A program made the translations under genes and the position numbers. A DNA stretch of 32,000 nt from Raphidiopsis brookii D9 (GTDB lineage Bacteria > Cyanobacteriota > Cyanobacteriia > Cyanobacteriales > Nostocaceae): the NCBI GenBank assembly GCA_000175855.1, contig ACYB01000035.1, positions 420,001 to 452,000 on the forward strand. The letters are read 5' to 3'. The notes under the pieces are model-generated. The model ran no database searches. It saw only the letters and a list, made by a program, of their open reading frames with translations, and was not told the origin of the DNA. Shown piece by piece: positions 16,819 through 26,239 of this stretch; position 1 is the first letter of the stretch; every line of letters begins with the position of its first letter.

Positions 16819-18141
16819 ATGTCCAATTATTCTAGTTTGTTGATTCGTCAGGCCCGTGTGCTGCTACCCAATGGTGATTTCATGATCGGGGATGTGTTGA
16901 CCCAAAACAACAAGATAGTACAAGTAAGTTCACAAGTGCATGCTGAAACTTCTGTTGTGGAAATAGATGCTCAAGGATTAACTTTACTTCCTGGGGTAAT
17001 TGATCCCCAAGTGCATTTCCGTGAACCCGGTTTAGAATATAAGGAAGATCTATTTACTGCTAGTTGTGCTTGTGCTAAAGGTGGTGTCACTTCCTTTTTG
17101 GAAATGCCAAATACAAAACCTTTAACTACTAATCAGTCAGCTTTAGATGACAAACTTCATAGGGCATCTCAAAAGTCTTTGGTTAATTATGGCTTTTTTA
17201 TTGGGGCAACAGCAGATAACCTAACGGATTTACTGACGGTTAATCCCACACCGGGAATTAAAATTTTTATGGGTTCCATGCATGGTGACTTATTAATTGA
17301 TGAAGAAACCATTCTAGACAGAATATTTTCCCAGGGTAGTCGCTTAATAGCTGTTCACGCTGAAGACCAGTCCAGAATTCGTCAACGTCGTCAACAATTT
17401 GCTGGTATTCACGATCCAGCTATTCATTCTCAAATTCAAGACTCCCAAGCCGCTTTAAATGCAACCCAGTTAGCACTGAAACTTTCTCAAAAGTATCATA
17501 GACGTTTACATATTTTACATTTATCTACAGGAGTAGAAGCGGAATTACTGCGTCAGTACAAACCTAGCTGGGTAACGGCAGAGGTCACGCCACAACACCT
17601 GTTGTTAAATACTGAGGCTTATAGTACCATAGGTACCCTAGCACAAATGAATCCTCCCTTGCGATCGCCCCAGGATAATCAAGTGCTATGGCAGGCTTTG
17701 CGAGATGGTGTAATTGATTTCATTGCCACAGATCATGCTCCCCACACTCTAGAAGAGAAAGCCCAGATTTACCCTAATACACCTTCGGGCATGCCAGGTG
17801 TAGAGACTTCTCTTCCATTAATGTTAACGGCAGCAATGGATGGTAAATGTACTGTCTCCGAGGTAGCAAATTGGATGTCTAAGGCAGTAGCTGTGGGATA
17901 TGGAATTCCCAATAAGGGAGAAATTACCCCTGGTTACGATGCAGATTTGGTCTTAGTAGATTTAAATAATTATAAACCTGTAAAAAGGGAAGAGTTATTA
18001 AGCAAATGTGGTTGGAGTCCATTTGAGGGTTGGAACTTAACGGGTTGGCCCGTACAAACCATAGTAGGTGGTCAGATTGTCTATGACCAAGGGAAAGTAA
18101 ACCCACAGATTCGCGGTCAGGCATTAAGTTTTAGTGGTTAG
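16819..18141 (+). CDS. pyrC: Dihydroorotase (amidohydrolase superfamily)
   Basis: GVIDPQVHFREPG (the HxH metal motif), GGVTSFLEMPNTKP and IATDHAPH in a 440-aa protein with typical class I dihydroorotase architecture. Confidence 0.85.
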   Translation: MSNYSSLLIRQARVLLPNGDFMIGDVLTQNNKIVQVSSQVHAETSVVEIDAQGLTLLPGVIDPQVHFREPGLEYKEDLFTASCACAKGGVTSFLEMPNTKPLTTNQSALDDKLHRASQKSLVNYGFFIGATADNLTDLLTVNPTPGIKIFMGSMHGDLLIDEETILDRIFSQGSRLIAVHAEDQSRIRQRRQQFAGIHDPAIHSQIQDSQAALNATQLALKLSQKYHRRLHILHLSTGVEAELLRQYKPSWVTAEVTPQHLLLNTEAYSTIGTLAQMNPPLRSPQDNQVLWQALRDGVIDFIATDHAPHTLEEKAQIYPNTPSGMPGVETSLPLMLTAAMDGKCTVSEVANWMSKAVAVGYGIPNKGEITPGYDADLVLVDLNNYKPVKREELLSKCGWSPFEGWNLTGWPVQTIVGGQIVYDQGKVNPQIRGQALSFSG

Positions 18142-18180
18142 GGATCAACCCCAATAATTTATTAATCTATTTGATTATCT

Positions 18181-18546
18181 ATGGATCAAACATCGCCTGC
18201 TGCTACACATGAAGTCAATGCTTACTTGCCCTATATTCAGGGTAACAAGCGTAATTTCTTACCCTGGGCTATCACCCTTTATCAAAAGGGTTGTATTGAT
18301 GGGGAACGGAAAATAGAAGGTAGTGACAATATTCCCTTCACGGCCAGATGGAATATTAGCACCCTACCCACTGATTTAACTTGTTGTAGTGTACAGTTTC
18401 ATGCTCCTGGAGAGTTTGCCTATGAAGTAACTATGACTGGCTTTGAATTTGTAGACTTTCTAATTCAAGTCATAGAAAATTATAAGAGAAATAGAATTGT
18501 TGATTTTTCCAAAGCCTTTTACCGTAAACTCCTGTGTCCGGAATAA
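18181..18546 (+). CDS. Hypothetical protein (121 aa)
   Basis: ATG-initiated ORF 40 bp downstream of pyrC on the same strand. I recognised no motif. Confidence 0.45.
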   Translation: MDQTSPAATHEVNAYLPYIQGNKRNFLPWAITLYQKGCIDGERKIEGSDNIPFTARWNISTLPTDLTCCSVQFHAPGEFAYEVTMTGFEFVDFLIQVIENYKRNRIVDFSKAFYRKLLCPE

Positions 18547-18674
18547 TGGTTTTTGGAAATTATAGCTTTCTTTAGTGAGGAAGACTAATTCCGGTTCATT
18601 CAGCAACCGAGATTACTTGTGGAGTAGGAAAACCCGATAAAAATATCGGACAGTTCAAATTAGGAGCGCAGGGC

Positions 18675-19778
18675 GTGGCAACATCTGTTAAAAATTTTAA
18701 GTATTTGCTAATTGGGTCAATAGAGGCTTACAGCGGCAAATCTGCAACCCTGTTGGGTTTATCTTGCCAACTAAGACAAAAGGGATTAGATATAGCCTAT
18801 GGTAAACCGCTGGGTAATAGTGCATTCAATCCCAAGATCAATCCCATGGAAGAAGATGTCCAGTTTATGATCGAAAGCTTGAAACTAGGTGAAAATCTAG
18901 TTGCACCGACCTTATTGGGGTTAAATGAGGTTAGTGTCCAAAAACGATTAAGGGGTGAGGATAAAACTAATTACCAGGAACTACTGGTAGAGCATTATTT
19001 ACAAGTCCCACGGGGAGATTTGATGCTCTTAGAAGGGCCAGGTAATTTGACCGAGGGAAATTTATTTGGTTTATCCTTACCGGAAGTTGCTAATATTTTA
19101 GATGGTGGTGTAATTTTAGTCCACCGTTACCAGTCTCTCCTCTCAGTAGAGACAATTTTATCAGCCCAAACAATTATAGGTTCTCGATTAGAAGGAATCA
19201 GTCCCCGCTTGCTTGGTGTAATAATCAATGAAGTCCCCATAGAACAGATGATGAATGCCAATGATCTCCTGCGCCCATTTTTGGAAGAGCGGGGAATTCC
19301 TGTATTAGCCATACTGCCAAAAAATGCCTTACTTCGTAGCGTTAGTGTAGGGGAGCTAGTCAAACAATTGAAAGCTGATATTTTATGTCGTGAAGATCGC
19401 TTAGACTTATTAGTCGAAAGTCTGGCTATTGGGGCCATGAATGTCAATGCCGCAGTTAAATATTTCCGCAAACGTCGTAACAAGGCTGTGGTTACCGGAG
19501 GGGATCGGGTAGAAATTCAACAAGCAGCTTTAGAAACATCTACTCAATGTCTAATCCTGACAGGACAATTACCTCCTCCACCCTTCATTCTACACCGGGC
19601 CGAAGAACTGGAAATTCCTATTTTATCAGTGGATCTTGACACCTTAACCACAGTAGAGATTGTTGATCGAGCCTTTGGTCATGTTCGGTTCCATGAACCT
19701 CTGAAAGTAGAGTGCATAAATCAACTCATGTCGGAACACTTTGATACCAGTCGGCTCTTGTCACAACTAGGAAATTAA
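18675..19778 (+). CDS. Phosphotransacetylase-N-terminal-like protein (P-loop AAA_26-type plus DRTGG domain)
   Basis: GTG start preceded by GGAG 8 nt upstream. The N-terminal YLLIGSIEAYSGKSAT is a P-loop-like motif. VVTGGDRVEIQQAAL is the DRTGG signature region (TGGDR). There is no catalytic Pta C-terminal domain. Confidence 0.7.
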   Translation: MATSVKNFKYLLIGSIEAYSGKSATLLGLSCQLRQKGLDIAYGKPLGNSAFNPKINPMEEDVQFMIESLKLGENLVAPTLLGLNEVSVQKRLRGEDKTNYQELLVEHYLQVPRGDLMLLEGPGNLTEGNLFGLSLPEVANILDGGVILVHRYQSLLSVETILSAQTIIGSRLEGISPRLLGVIINEVPIEQMMNANDLLRPFLEERGIPVLAILPKNALLRSVSVGELVKQLKADILCREDRLDLLVESLAIGAMNVNAAVKYFRKRRNKAVVTGGDRVEIQQAALETSTQCLILTGQLPPPPFILHRAEELEIPILSVDLDTLTTVEIVDRAFGHVRFHEPLKVECINQLMSEHFDTSRLLSQLGN

Positions 19779-19871
19779 GAAAAAAGATAGAAATCTGTAA
19801 CTTCATTTGGCCGATTACCTGCAGGCCATTTGGTACAATATTTGGGTTGTTTAATCCGATAATCTCTATCT

Positions 19872-20375
19872 TTGAGCCAGTCAACAGAACTGATTAACCT
19901 GGATACTTTAGCACAGGAACTGGCGACAATCCAACAAACTGGTTCCAAAAGAATCGCTCTGTTAGGTTCCCGTCATGTACCAATTACTCATCAAAATCTT
20001 ATTGAAATGATGACTTATGCCCTGGTTTTGTCGGGCAATCGCATTATTACTTCCGGTGCTACAGGTACTAACTCCGCTGCTATCAGAGGTGCGACCCGTG
20101 CCGATCCGAATTTACTGACGGTAATTTTACCCCAAAGTTTGGAACGCCAACCCTCTGAATCCCGCCAACAACTAGAGCAGGTGATGCATCTAGTGGAAAA
20201 TCCTAGTAATGATAGTCTTTCCTTGAGTGAAGCTAGCCAGTTGTGCAATAGAGAAATTGTGTCTCGCTGTCAGCAATTGGTGTGCTTTGCCTTCCATGAT
20301 AGTCGTACTCTCTTGGAAACTTGTAAAGAAGCGGAAGAACAAAGAAAAGTGGTAACCTTGTTCTATTTCGATTAA
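19872..20375 (+). CDS. Short DprA/Smf-like Rossmann (SLOG-fold) protein
   Basis: RIALLGSRH...SGATGTNSAAIRGA...TVILPQSL...NREIV parallels the DprA motifs GxR, SGxAxGIDxxAHxGA and RNRI. At 167 aa it has no SAM or winged-helix extensions. The conserved N-terminus precedes the first ATG, so the TTG at 19872 is the only plausible start. Confidence 0.6.
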   Translation: MSQSTELINLDTLAQELATIQQTGSKRIALLGSRHVPITHQNLIEMMTYALVLSGNRIITSGATGTNSAAIRGATRADPNLLTVILPQSLERQPSESRQQLEQVMHLVENPSNDSLSLSEASQLCNREIVSRCQQLVCFAFHDSRTLLETCKEAEEQRKVVTLFYFD

Positions 20376-20505
20376 AATCAGATTATAGCCCCAACCACTT
20401 GCAAGGGGTACGAATGACTAATTACCAGTGAGTACTGGGTAATAATTATAGTTACTCAGTATTCATCACCATTCATTTAAGATAACAAGGTATTATACTT
20501 TTCCT

Positions 20506-20997
20506 ATGGCATCTAGTTTTTCTTTCGATATTGTCAGCGATTTTGACCGTCAAGAATTGGTCAATGCGGTTGATCAGGTGATACGAGACATCAAAAGCCG
20601 TTATGACCTCAAAGATACCCAAACCACGGTGGAGTTGGGGGAGAAAACTATTACTATTAATACTGACAGCAATATGACTTTGGAGTCGGTACATGGTATA
20701 CTGCGGGAAAAGGCTGCCAAACGTAATCTATCACAGAAGATCTTTGATTTTGGTCAAGTTGAGTCTGCTAGCGGTAATCGTGTGCGTCAAGAGATTGCCC
20801 TGAAAAAGGGCATTAATCAGGATATTGCTAAACAAATATCTAAACTAATTCGTGACAAGTTTAAAAAAGTACAGGCTTCTATTCAAGGGGATGCAGTAAG
20901 GGTTACAGCCAAAGCCAAGGATGACTTACAAGCTGTAATCCAGAGCTTAAAGGAAGAGGATTTTCCTGTAGCTTTACAATTTACCAACTACCGTTAA
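20506..20997 (+). CDS. yajQ: YajQ-family nucleotide / cyclic-di-GMP-binding protein (UPF0234)
   Basis: The N-terminal [34 protein letters not shown], the 163-aa length and the C-terminal LQFTNYR are typical of YajQ. Confidence 0.85.
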   Translation: MASSFSFDIVSDFDRQELVNAVDQVIRDIKSRYDLKDTQTTVELGEKTITINTDSNMTLESVHGILREKAAKRNLSQKIFDFGQVESASGNRVRQEIALKKGINQDIAKQISKLIRDKFKKVQASIQGDAVRVTAKAKDDLQAVIQSLKEEDFPVALQFTNYR

Positions 20998-21014
20998 TTT
21001 GACACTACCATCGA

Positions 21015-21575
21015 TTAGTTCCTCTTGGTACCAATGGTGTTTTGAAATGCTGGACGGAGAGAGATGTTATGCATGTAGTTTAAGACTGCTGGGTAATCGC
21101 TCAAGTCCAGCTTCAGCATAATGGGGATATAGCTGAGTATAGATCCTACAGCTACATCAGCAACGGTAAACTGATCGCCTAGTAGAAATGGCTGTTGAGA
21201 AAAAATGTCATTTAAGGGACCTAATAAACGGGGCATTTCTTTGTCTCGATTAGTTTCTATGAATATACCTGTGGCTAAGGTCGAATTAGCAAATAGTACC
21301 CACTGGTAAAAGAAAGCTTTTGTCTCTAAAGATGGGGGTACCTGACCGTATTTTTCTGCCAAGTATAACAAAATTGCTCCCGATTCCCAAAGTTTTAACT
21401 CACCATCTACAATTGCTGGCACTTTGCCAATAGGATTAATTGCTAAGAAATCTGGTTTTAGATGCTCTCCCGCTTTCATATCCAGATTCACAAACTCGTA
21501 TGGAACATTTAGCTCCTCTAAATACCACTTAATAATTGATGCTCGACTAAAAAGGCTACCGTATAGTTTCAACAT
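21015..21575 (-). CDS. Glutathione S-transferase
   Basis: It has the thioredoxin-like N-terminal domain (MLKLYG...INPIGKVPAIVDGELKLWESGAILLYLAEKY) followed by a helical C-terminal domain. Confidence 0.85.
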   Translation of the reverse strand: MLKLYGSLFSRASIIKWYLEELNVPYEFVNLDMKAGEHLKPDFLAINPIGKVPAIVDGELKLWESGAILLYLAEKYGQVPPSLETKAFFYQWVLFANSTLATGIFIETNRDKEMPRLLGPLNDIFSQQPFLLGDQFTVADVAVGSILSYIPIMLKLDLSDYPAVLNYMHNISLRPAFQNTIGTKRN

Positions 21576-21620
21576 ATTTGACTAACCATTACTCCAAGTT
21601 TTTCAAGTGATAATTTATCT

Positions 21621-22085
21621 TTAAAGCACCTTGTGGGTATGGGAATGTTGTTTAATATTGTCCTCTTTGGTAACAACTCTAGCAGCGTTCAGTACTCGCT
21701 TACGCTCCGTAGAATAATTAAAATCGCTTTTAGTTGTACCGAGAGGAATAAAGCTTTGAGCTGATTCCCGTCGTTTATAAGTGCGCGTCGCAGAAAATGT
21801 TCTTTGCAAAAACTCTTCGCTAAATTGGGCAGTTTCGGGAAATCCAGAGGGTAATAAGAGGTTTTCTCCATCTAGTATGGATCCTAAAGTGGTTGCACAA
21901 ACTAGTTTATATGATGTAGGTATCCCTTTTATTATGGCTTCTAATGCTGCTGAAGGAATTGGTTCAATAATTTCAAGTTCATGCACCTCTCCATCTTCCT
22001 TATAAAAACAAGTCGCTAAACCAATAACTATATAATCATCGGTTCTCAGATCTAAACCATTGGGATGGGAAATTGCTGTTGTCAT
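21621..22085 (-). CDS. Hypothetical protein
   Basis: I prefer ATG 22085 (MTTAISHPNG...) over the longer ORF to 22166. No motif was recognised. Confidence 0.45.
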   Translation of the reverse strand: MTTAISHPNGLDLRTDDYIVIGLATCFYKEDGEVHELEIIEPIPSAALEAIIKGIPTSYKLVCATTLGSILDGENLLLPSGFPETAQFSEEFLQRTFSATRTYKRRESAQSFIPLGTTKSDFNYSTERKRVLNAARVVTKEDNIKQHSHTHKVL

Positions 22086-22439
22086 GGAGTTTACTCGGAA
22101 TGTGAATTTTTCGTGAATTTTTTGGTTTATGCAATAGTAGGGGGTGACACTAGAAACTGACAACACAAAGTATTAATCAGCTTTTTGCCTGATTGTAACT
22201 CCCTAGTTCCTCAATTTTGACACACATCCAAATTCTGTCTGGAATTAGTCTTGGGAGTGATGTATATGTTTCTGGGTCTATGGCCTAATTGTATAGGTAG
22301 TTTGAATTGATTCTCACCTGTTTACTCCTTAATCCCTAAATGGCACACAGATGGCATACTAGTAGTAGTACACTTAAACTACCGACAAGAAAAATTTTAT
22401 CGTTTGATTTCATAGGGCAATTAGCTTGGGCAGAAATAT

Positions 22440-23168
22440 ATGGATAGTTACTCTTTTTTCAATTCTCACACTCACAATAACCCCTTATATAAAAGAAACA
22501 ATTGGCAAAGTTCTTACAACTCTTATAACCAAAAAGAATTAGCAGACTCAGATATGGTATATTTAAAGGATGAAAAGTATATGCGATCATACGCTTTACA
22601 ACTAGCTCATCAAGGAGAGTACACAAAGGCGATCACCTTGCTGAACCGAATAATTGATAGTCATCCTGAAAATGCTATTGACTATAATAACAGAGGGTTA
22701 ATCTACTTTCAAAGCGGTCATGCTCAAAAAGCACTACTCGACTACAATACTGCCATGCAGCTGAACCCCAGGTTGGCCAGCGTTTATAATAACCGAGCTA
22801 ACTACTATGCTGCTGATGGTGATTTAGTTAAAGCACTGTCTGATTATGACCAAGCTTTGGATTTAAATCCCCGCCATGTGCGCGCCTGGATTAATCGGGG
22901 TATTACTTTACGAGAATTAGGAAAGTACAAAGATTCCATTGATGATTTTGAAGTTGCTCTGCTGTTTGGTCAACTCGAGATTCGCATTTGGTCAGAACGG
23001 GGTAGGAGTTACCACCTGTGGGGTGATTGGAACTGTGCGATCGCAGATTACCGTAGGGTCTTATCCCATACGAGTTCCTTAGATAGAATGGAGGATATAA
23101 TCACCTATAGGCTAAGGCTACAAGTGGAAAACTGGTTGGGAGAATTAAGTTTTTCCACATATAAATGA
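22440..23168 (+). CDS. TPR-repeat protein
   Basis: Repeated AIxDYNxALxLNPxxAxxYxNRG units (for example AIDYNNRGLIYFQSGHAQKALLDYNTAMQLNP). Confidence 0.8.
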   Translation: MDSYSFFNSHTHNNPLYKRNNWQSSYNSYNQKELADSDMVYLKDEKYMRSYALQLAHQGEYTKAITLLNRIIDSHPENAIDYNNRGLIYFQSGHAQKALLDYNTAMQLNPRLASVYNNRANYYAADGDLVKALSDYDQALDLNPRHVRAWINRGITLRELGKYKDSIDDFEVALLFGQLEIRIWSERGRSYHLWGDWNCAIADYRRVLSHTSSLDRMEDIITYRLRLQVENWLGELSFSTYK

Positions 23169-23206
23169 ACTAAATAAATGGTAAGATGGGAATAGTTTCC
23201 TACCTT

Positions 23207-23617
23207 TTACTGGGTGGAATCTGGAGGTTCGACAGTTTTTCTATCTGGATTAACCAGTATAATTTGTCGCTGGTTGGGTGGTAAGCGGTAAGAGTTTTCT
23301 CTCATAATGCTTTGAGTTTGACTAGGATCAAAATTACGGGTAAATTCTTCTCTTAGGGTGCGAACGCGGCTTTCCATAAGCTTAATTTGTGTCTCTATAT
23401 TTTCTAACTTATCTTGCTGTAACCAGTAATAGGGGAACAGTCTTGTAAGTGCAGATACTGATACTAAAATAACAAGTAAATTTACGATGATTTTACCAAA
23501 AACTTCCAGTCCCATAATTAATTGCGATCGCTGGCGAGGGTATCTTTTCGACTGACGGCGTACAGTTGGGGATTGTTTTTCAGGCTGTAGTGGTGGTATG
23601 TATTCAAATGCTTTCAT
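23207..23617 (-). CDS. Hypothetical single-pass membrane protein with a coiled-coil segment
   Basis: A TM helix (IIVNLLVILVSVSALTRLF) is followed by QQDKLENIETQIKLMESRVRTLREEF. The start is probably ATG 23617 (MKAFEY); the longest ORF runs to 23689. The architecture recalls FtsB/DivIC-type proteins, but I cannot confirm that. Confidence 0.45.
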   Translation of the reverse strand: MKAFEYIPPLQPEKQSPTVRRQSKRYPRQRSQLIMGLEVFGKIIVNLLVILVSVSALTRLFPYYWLQQDKLENIETQIKLMESRVRTLREEFTRNFDPSQTQSIMRENSYRLPPNQRQIILVNPDRKTVEPPDSTQ

Positions 23618-23719
23618 TGTGTTAAATGACCCTGATTTATTATAACATAGTAATGCATGTGAGGAATATTCAACAAGTACGCCCATCAAATAATATTACA
23701 ACAGTCTCCCTAATTATCC

Positions 23720-24739
23720 ATGCTTTCTCCCCAGCTAAAATCTCGCCTTTCTCAACCCCTAAAAATCGGCTCCTTGGAGGTCAAAAGCCGGGTTTTACAA
23801 TCCCCTTTGTCGGGAGTGACGGATTTGGTATTTCGTCGCTTGGTGCGTCGCTATGCACCGGATTCCATGATGTACACAGAAATGGTTAATGCGACGGGTT
23901 TACATTATGTGAAACAACTACCCAAAATCATGGAGGTAGACCCTAATGAGCGCCCCATTAGTATTCAGTTATTTGATTGTCGTCCCGATTTCTTAGCAGA
24001 AGCAGCAGTAAAAGCAGTAGCAGAGGGCGCAGACACTGTGGATATTAATATGGGTTGTCCGGTGAATAAAATTACTAAAAATGGGGGTGGGTCATCTTTA
24101 TTACGACAACCAGAAGTAGCAGAAGCCATTGTCAGGGAAGTGGTCAACGCCATAAATGTCCCGGTTACGGTGAAAACCCGTATTGGCTGGAGTGATAAAG
24201 AAATTACCATTCTAGATTTTGCCAAACGGATGGAAGATGCGGGGGCAAAAATGATTACCGTCCATGGTAGAACTCGGGCTCAGGGTTACAATGGTAATGC
24301 TCGTTGGGAATGGATAGCCAAGGTCAAACAAATACTTTCTATTCCAGTGATTGCCAATGGCGATATTTTTTCCGTTGCAGCTGCTGTCAAATGTCTCGAA
24401 GAAACTGGAGCAGATGGTGTAATGTGCTCCCGTGGTACCTTGGGATATCCCTTCCTAGTAGGTGAAGTAGATCATTTTTTAAAAACTGGGGAATTATTAC
24501 CTTCCCCCACTCCCACCCAAAGGTTGGAATGCGCTAGAGAACATTTGTATGCTTTATGGGAATATAAAGGCGATCGCGGGGTACGTCAAGCTCGTAAACA
24601 TCTCACTTGGTATGCGAAAGATTTTATGGGAGCAGCAGACTTACGGGGGAAATTGAGCACTATAGAAAGTGTACAACAGGGATTGGACTTGATTAATCAA
24701 GCGACAGAGCGGTTAAATTCTCAGGATTTGTTAGTCTAA
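23720..24739 (+). CDS. dus: tRNA-dihydrouridine synthase (DusB-like)
   Basis: PLSGVTDLVFRRL, IQLFDCRP, DINMGCPVNKITKNGGGSSLL (catalytic Cys), VTVKTRIGW, ITVHGRTRAQGY and IANGDI. Confidence 0.9.
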   Translation: MLSPQLKSRLSQPLKIGSLEVKSRVLQSPLSGVTDLVFRRLVRRYAPDSMMYTEMVNATGLHYVKQLPKIMEVDPNERPISIQLFDCRPDFLAEAAVKAVAEGADTVDINMGCPVNKITKNGGGSSLLRQPEVAEAIVREVVNAINVPVTVKTRIGWSDKEITILDFAKRMEDAGAKMITVHGRTRAQGYNGNARWEWIAKVKQILSIPVIANGDIFSVAAAVKCLEETGADGVMCSRGTLGYPFLVGEVDHFLKTGELLPSPTPTQRLECAREHLYALWEYKGDRGVRQARKHLTWYAKDFMGAADLRGKLSTIESVQQGLDLINQATERLNSQDLLV

Positions 24740-25343
24740 TGACAAAAGTTCTCAACACTTTCAACATAGACAAACTAATTTCATGTCCCGTGTCAAACTG
24801 ATGATATTCCACAGGAACTCCCAAAGATTGTGCAACCTGTTGGCTTTTAATTGCAGCTGAGAGGGGGACAACCTGGTCTTGTGTCCCGTGCATAATCAGG
24901 GTCGGGGGGAACTGGCGTTTTTCCATATTAGACACTTGAGGATGTAAATAGCCACTCATGACCACTAAACCGGCCAAGGGTAAGCTGAGACCCACATCTA
25001 AGGTCATGGCTCCACCTTGGGAAAATCCGGTCAAAATAGTTTTAGACAGGGGAATTCCCGTAGTGGTTGGTAGGGATTGCAACCAGTCTATTAATAGTTG
25101 ACGGCTTGCTACTAGTCCTTCATACATTTTGTCATCTCGTAAATCATACCATGCTCTACCATTATTGTTATAGGGATAGGGATAGGGAGCGTTAGGAAGC
25201 AGAAATTCATATTCAGGTAGGTTGATATGGGGTAATAAGGATGCTACGTCCTCAGCATTGGCACCCCAACCGTGTAAGGTGACAATTAGTCCCAGTGGAG
25301 TTTTTGTGGTTTGGGCAGAAATTCTAATAGAATCTAAGGTCAT
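24693..25343 (-). CDS. Alpha/beta hydrolase, phospholipase/carboxylesterase family
   Basis: LHGWGANAEDV, the nucleophile elbow GFSQGGAM, and downstream Asp/His (HGTQDQVVP, GHEI). I prefer ATG 25343, which has GGAG 12 nt upstream; the track ORF uses GTG 25361. Confidence 0.8.
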   Translation of the reverse strand: MTLDSIRISAQTTKTPLGLIVTLHGWGANAEDVASLLPHINLPEYEFLLPNAPYPYPYNNNGRAWYDLRDDKMYEGLVASRQLLIDWLQSLPTTTGIPLSKTILTGFSQGGAMTLDVGLSLPLAGLVVMSGYLHPQVSNMEKRQFPPTLIMHGTQDQVVPLSAAIKSQQVAQSLGVPVEYHQFDTGHEISLSMLKVLRTFVIRLTNPENLTALSLD

Positions 25344-25345
25344 AG

Positions 25346-26224
25346 TTACCAATTTCTCCACCCACCCTGAGTTTGATGTTGGTTTTCCAGGAGATTATGG
25401 TACTCAACACTGCTAGACCATCGATCAATTTCCCGGGCCCGCAGGACAGGTACAGGATGACTTAACTGGGCTGTGTGAGCATCTTTAACCATCATACCCA
25501 ACTCAGTTTTGCTTATTGCATCATAAGCATGAGCTTGGGCAACAAAAGCATCCAGATTTAATCGGGGTGCTAGGGTTGGTGAACCACCAGCTAGTTTCAT
25601 TAATACCGACATCACCACTTTAGGATTTTGAGTCGCTAATAACGCAGCGCGATCGCAAGTAAACTCAGCACAGCGTACCCATTCTAATAACTGGTTTTGT
25701 AGTGACTGAGCTAAAACAACGCCAATGTTAGGCAAAATAGAAGTGGCTAATATTAACAAGTTAGCTGGTGTTAGATAAACACTGTGGTCACATTTGAGGT
25801 GTCCCAATTCGTGACCAATCACGGCTTGTATTTCCTCTGGTGTGAGCATATCAACTAGGGAAGTATGTAATACTATAAAAGGCTGTTTACCTCGCATAGC
25901 GAAAGTGTAAGCATTAGGACTAGGATGCTGACGGATATATAGTTGTGGTAGCTCAATATCCAAATTTTTACAAGCATCTATTAATAGATAATATAAATCA
26001 GGTAGTTGTTTTTCGCTCACCAAAATACTGGAGGCTATATTTTCTGCATAAAATACCTGTTCAGCAACTGGTCCAAGCAGATTTCTGACCATAATATCTA
26101 TTCCTGGAATTTGCCGAAGAGTTTTTGTTGCTTCCAAGTCTAAAGGGTGACGGAAATAGTCTGCTTTTAAACCGATAAGTGGTTTTCTTGCTATTGTTTC
26201 TACTGATGTTTTAACTAAAGACAT
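25346..26224 (-). CDS. M48-family zinc metallopeptidase
   Basis: The HEXXH motif is IGHELGHLKCDH, in a 292-aa protein with an ATG start. Confidence 0.8.
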   Translation of the reverse strand: MSLVKTSVETIARKPLIGLKADYFRHPLDLEATKTLRQIPGIDIMVRNLLGPVAEQVFYAENIASSILVSEKQLPDLYYLLIDACKNLDIELPQLYIRQHPSPNAYTFAMRGKQPFIVLHTSLVDMLTPEEIQAVIGHELGHLKCDHSVYLTPANLLILATSILPNIGVVLAQSLQNQLLEWVRCAEFTCDRAALLATQNPKVVMSVLMKLAGGSPTLAPRLNLDAFVAQAHAYDAISKTELGMMVKDAHTAQLSHPVPVLRAREIDRWSSSVEYHNLLENQHQTQGGWRNW

Positions 26225-26239
26225 AGATAAAAAAGAAAA

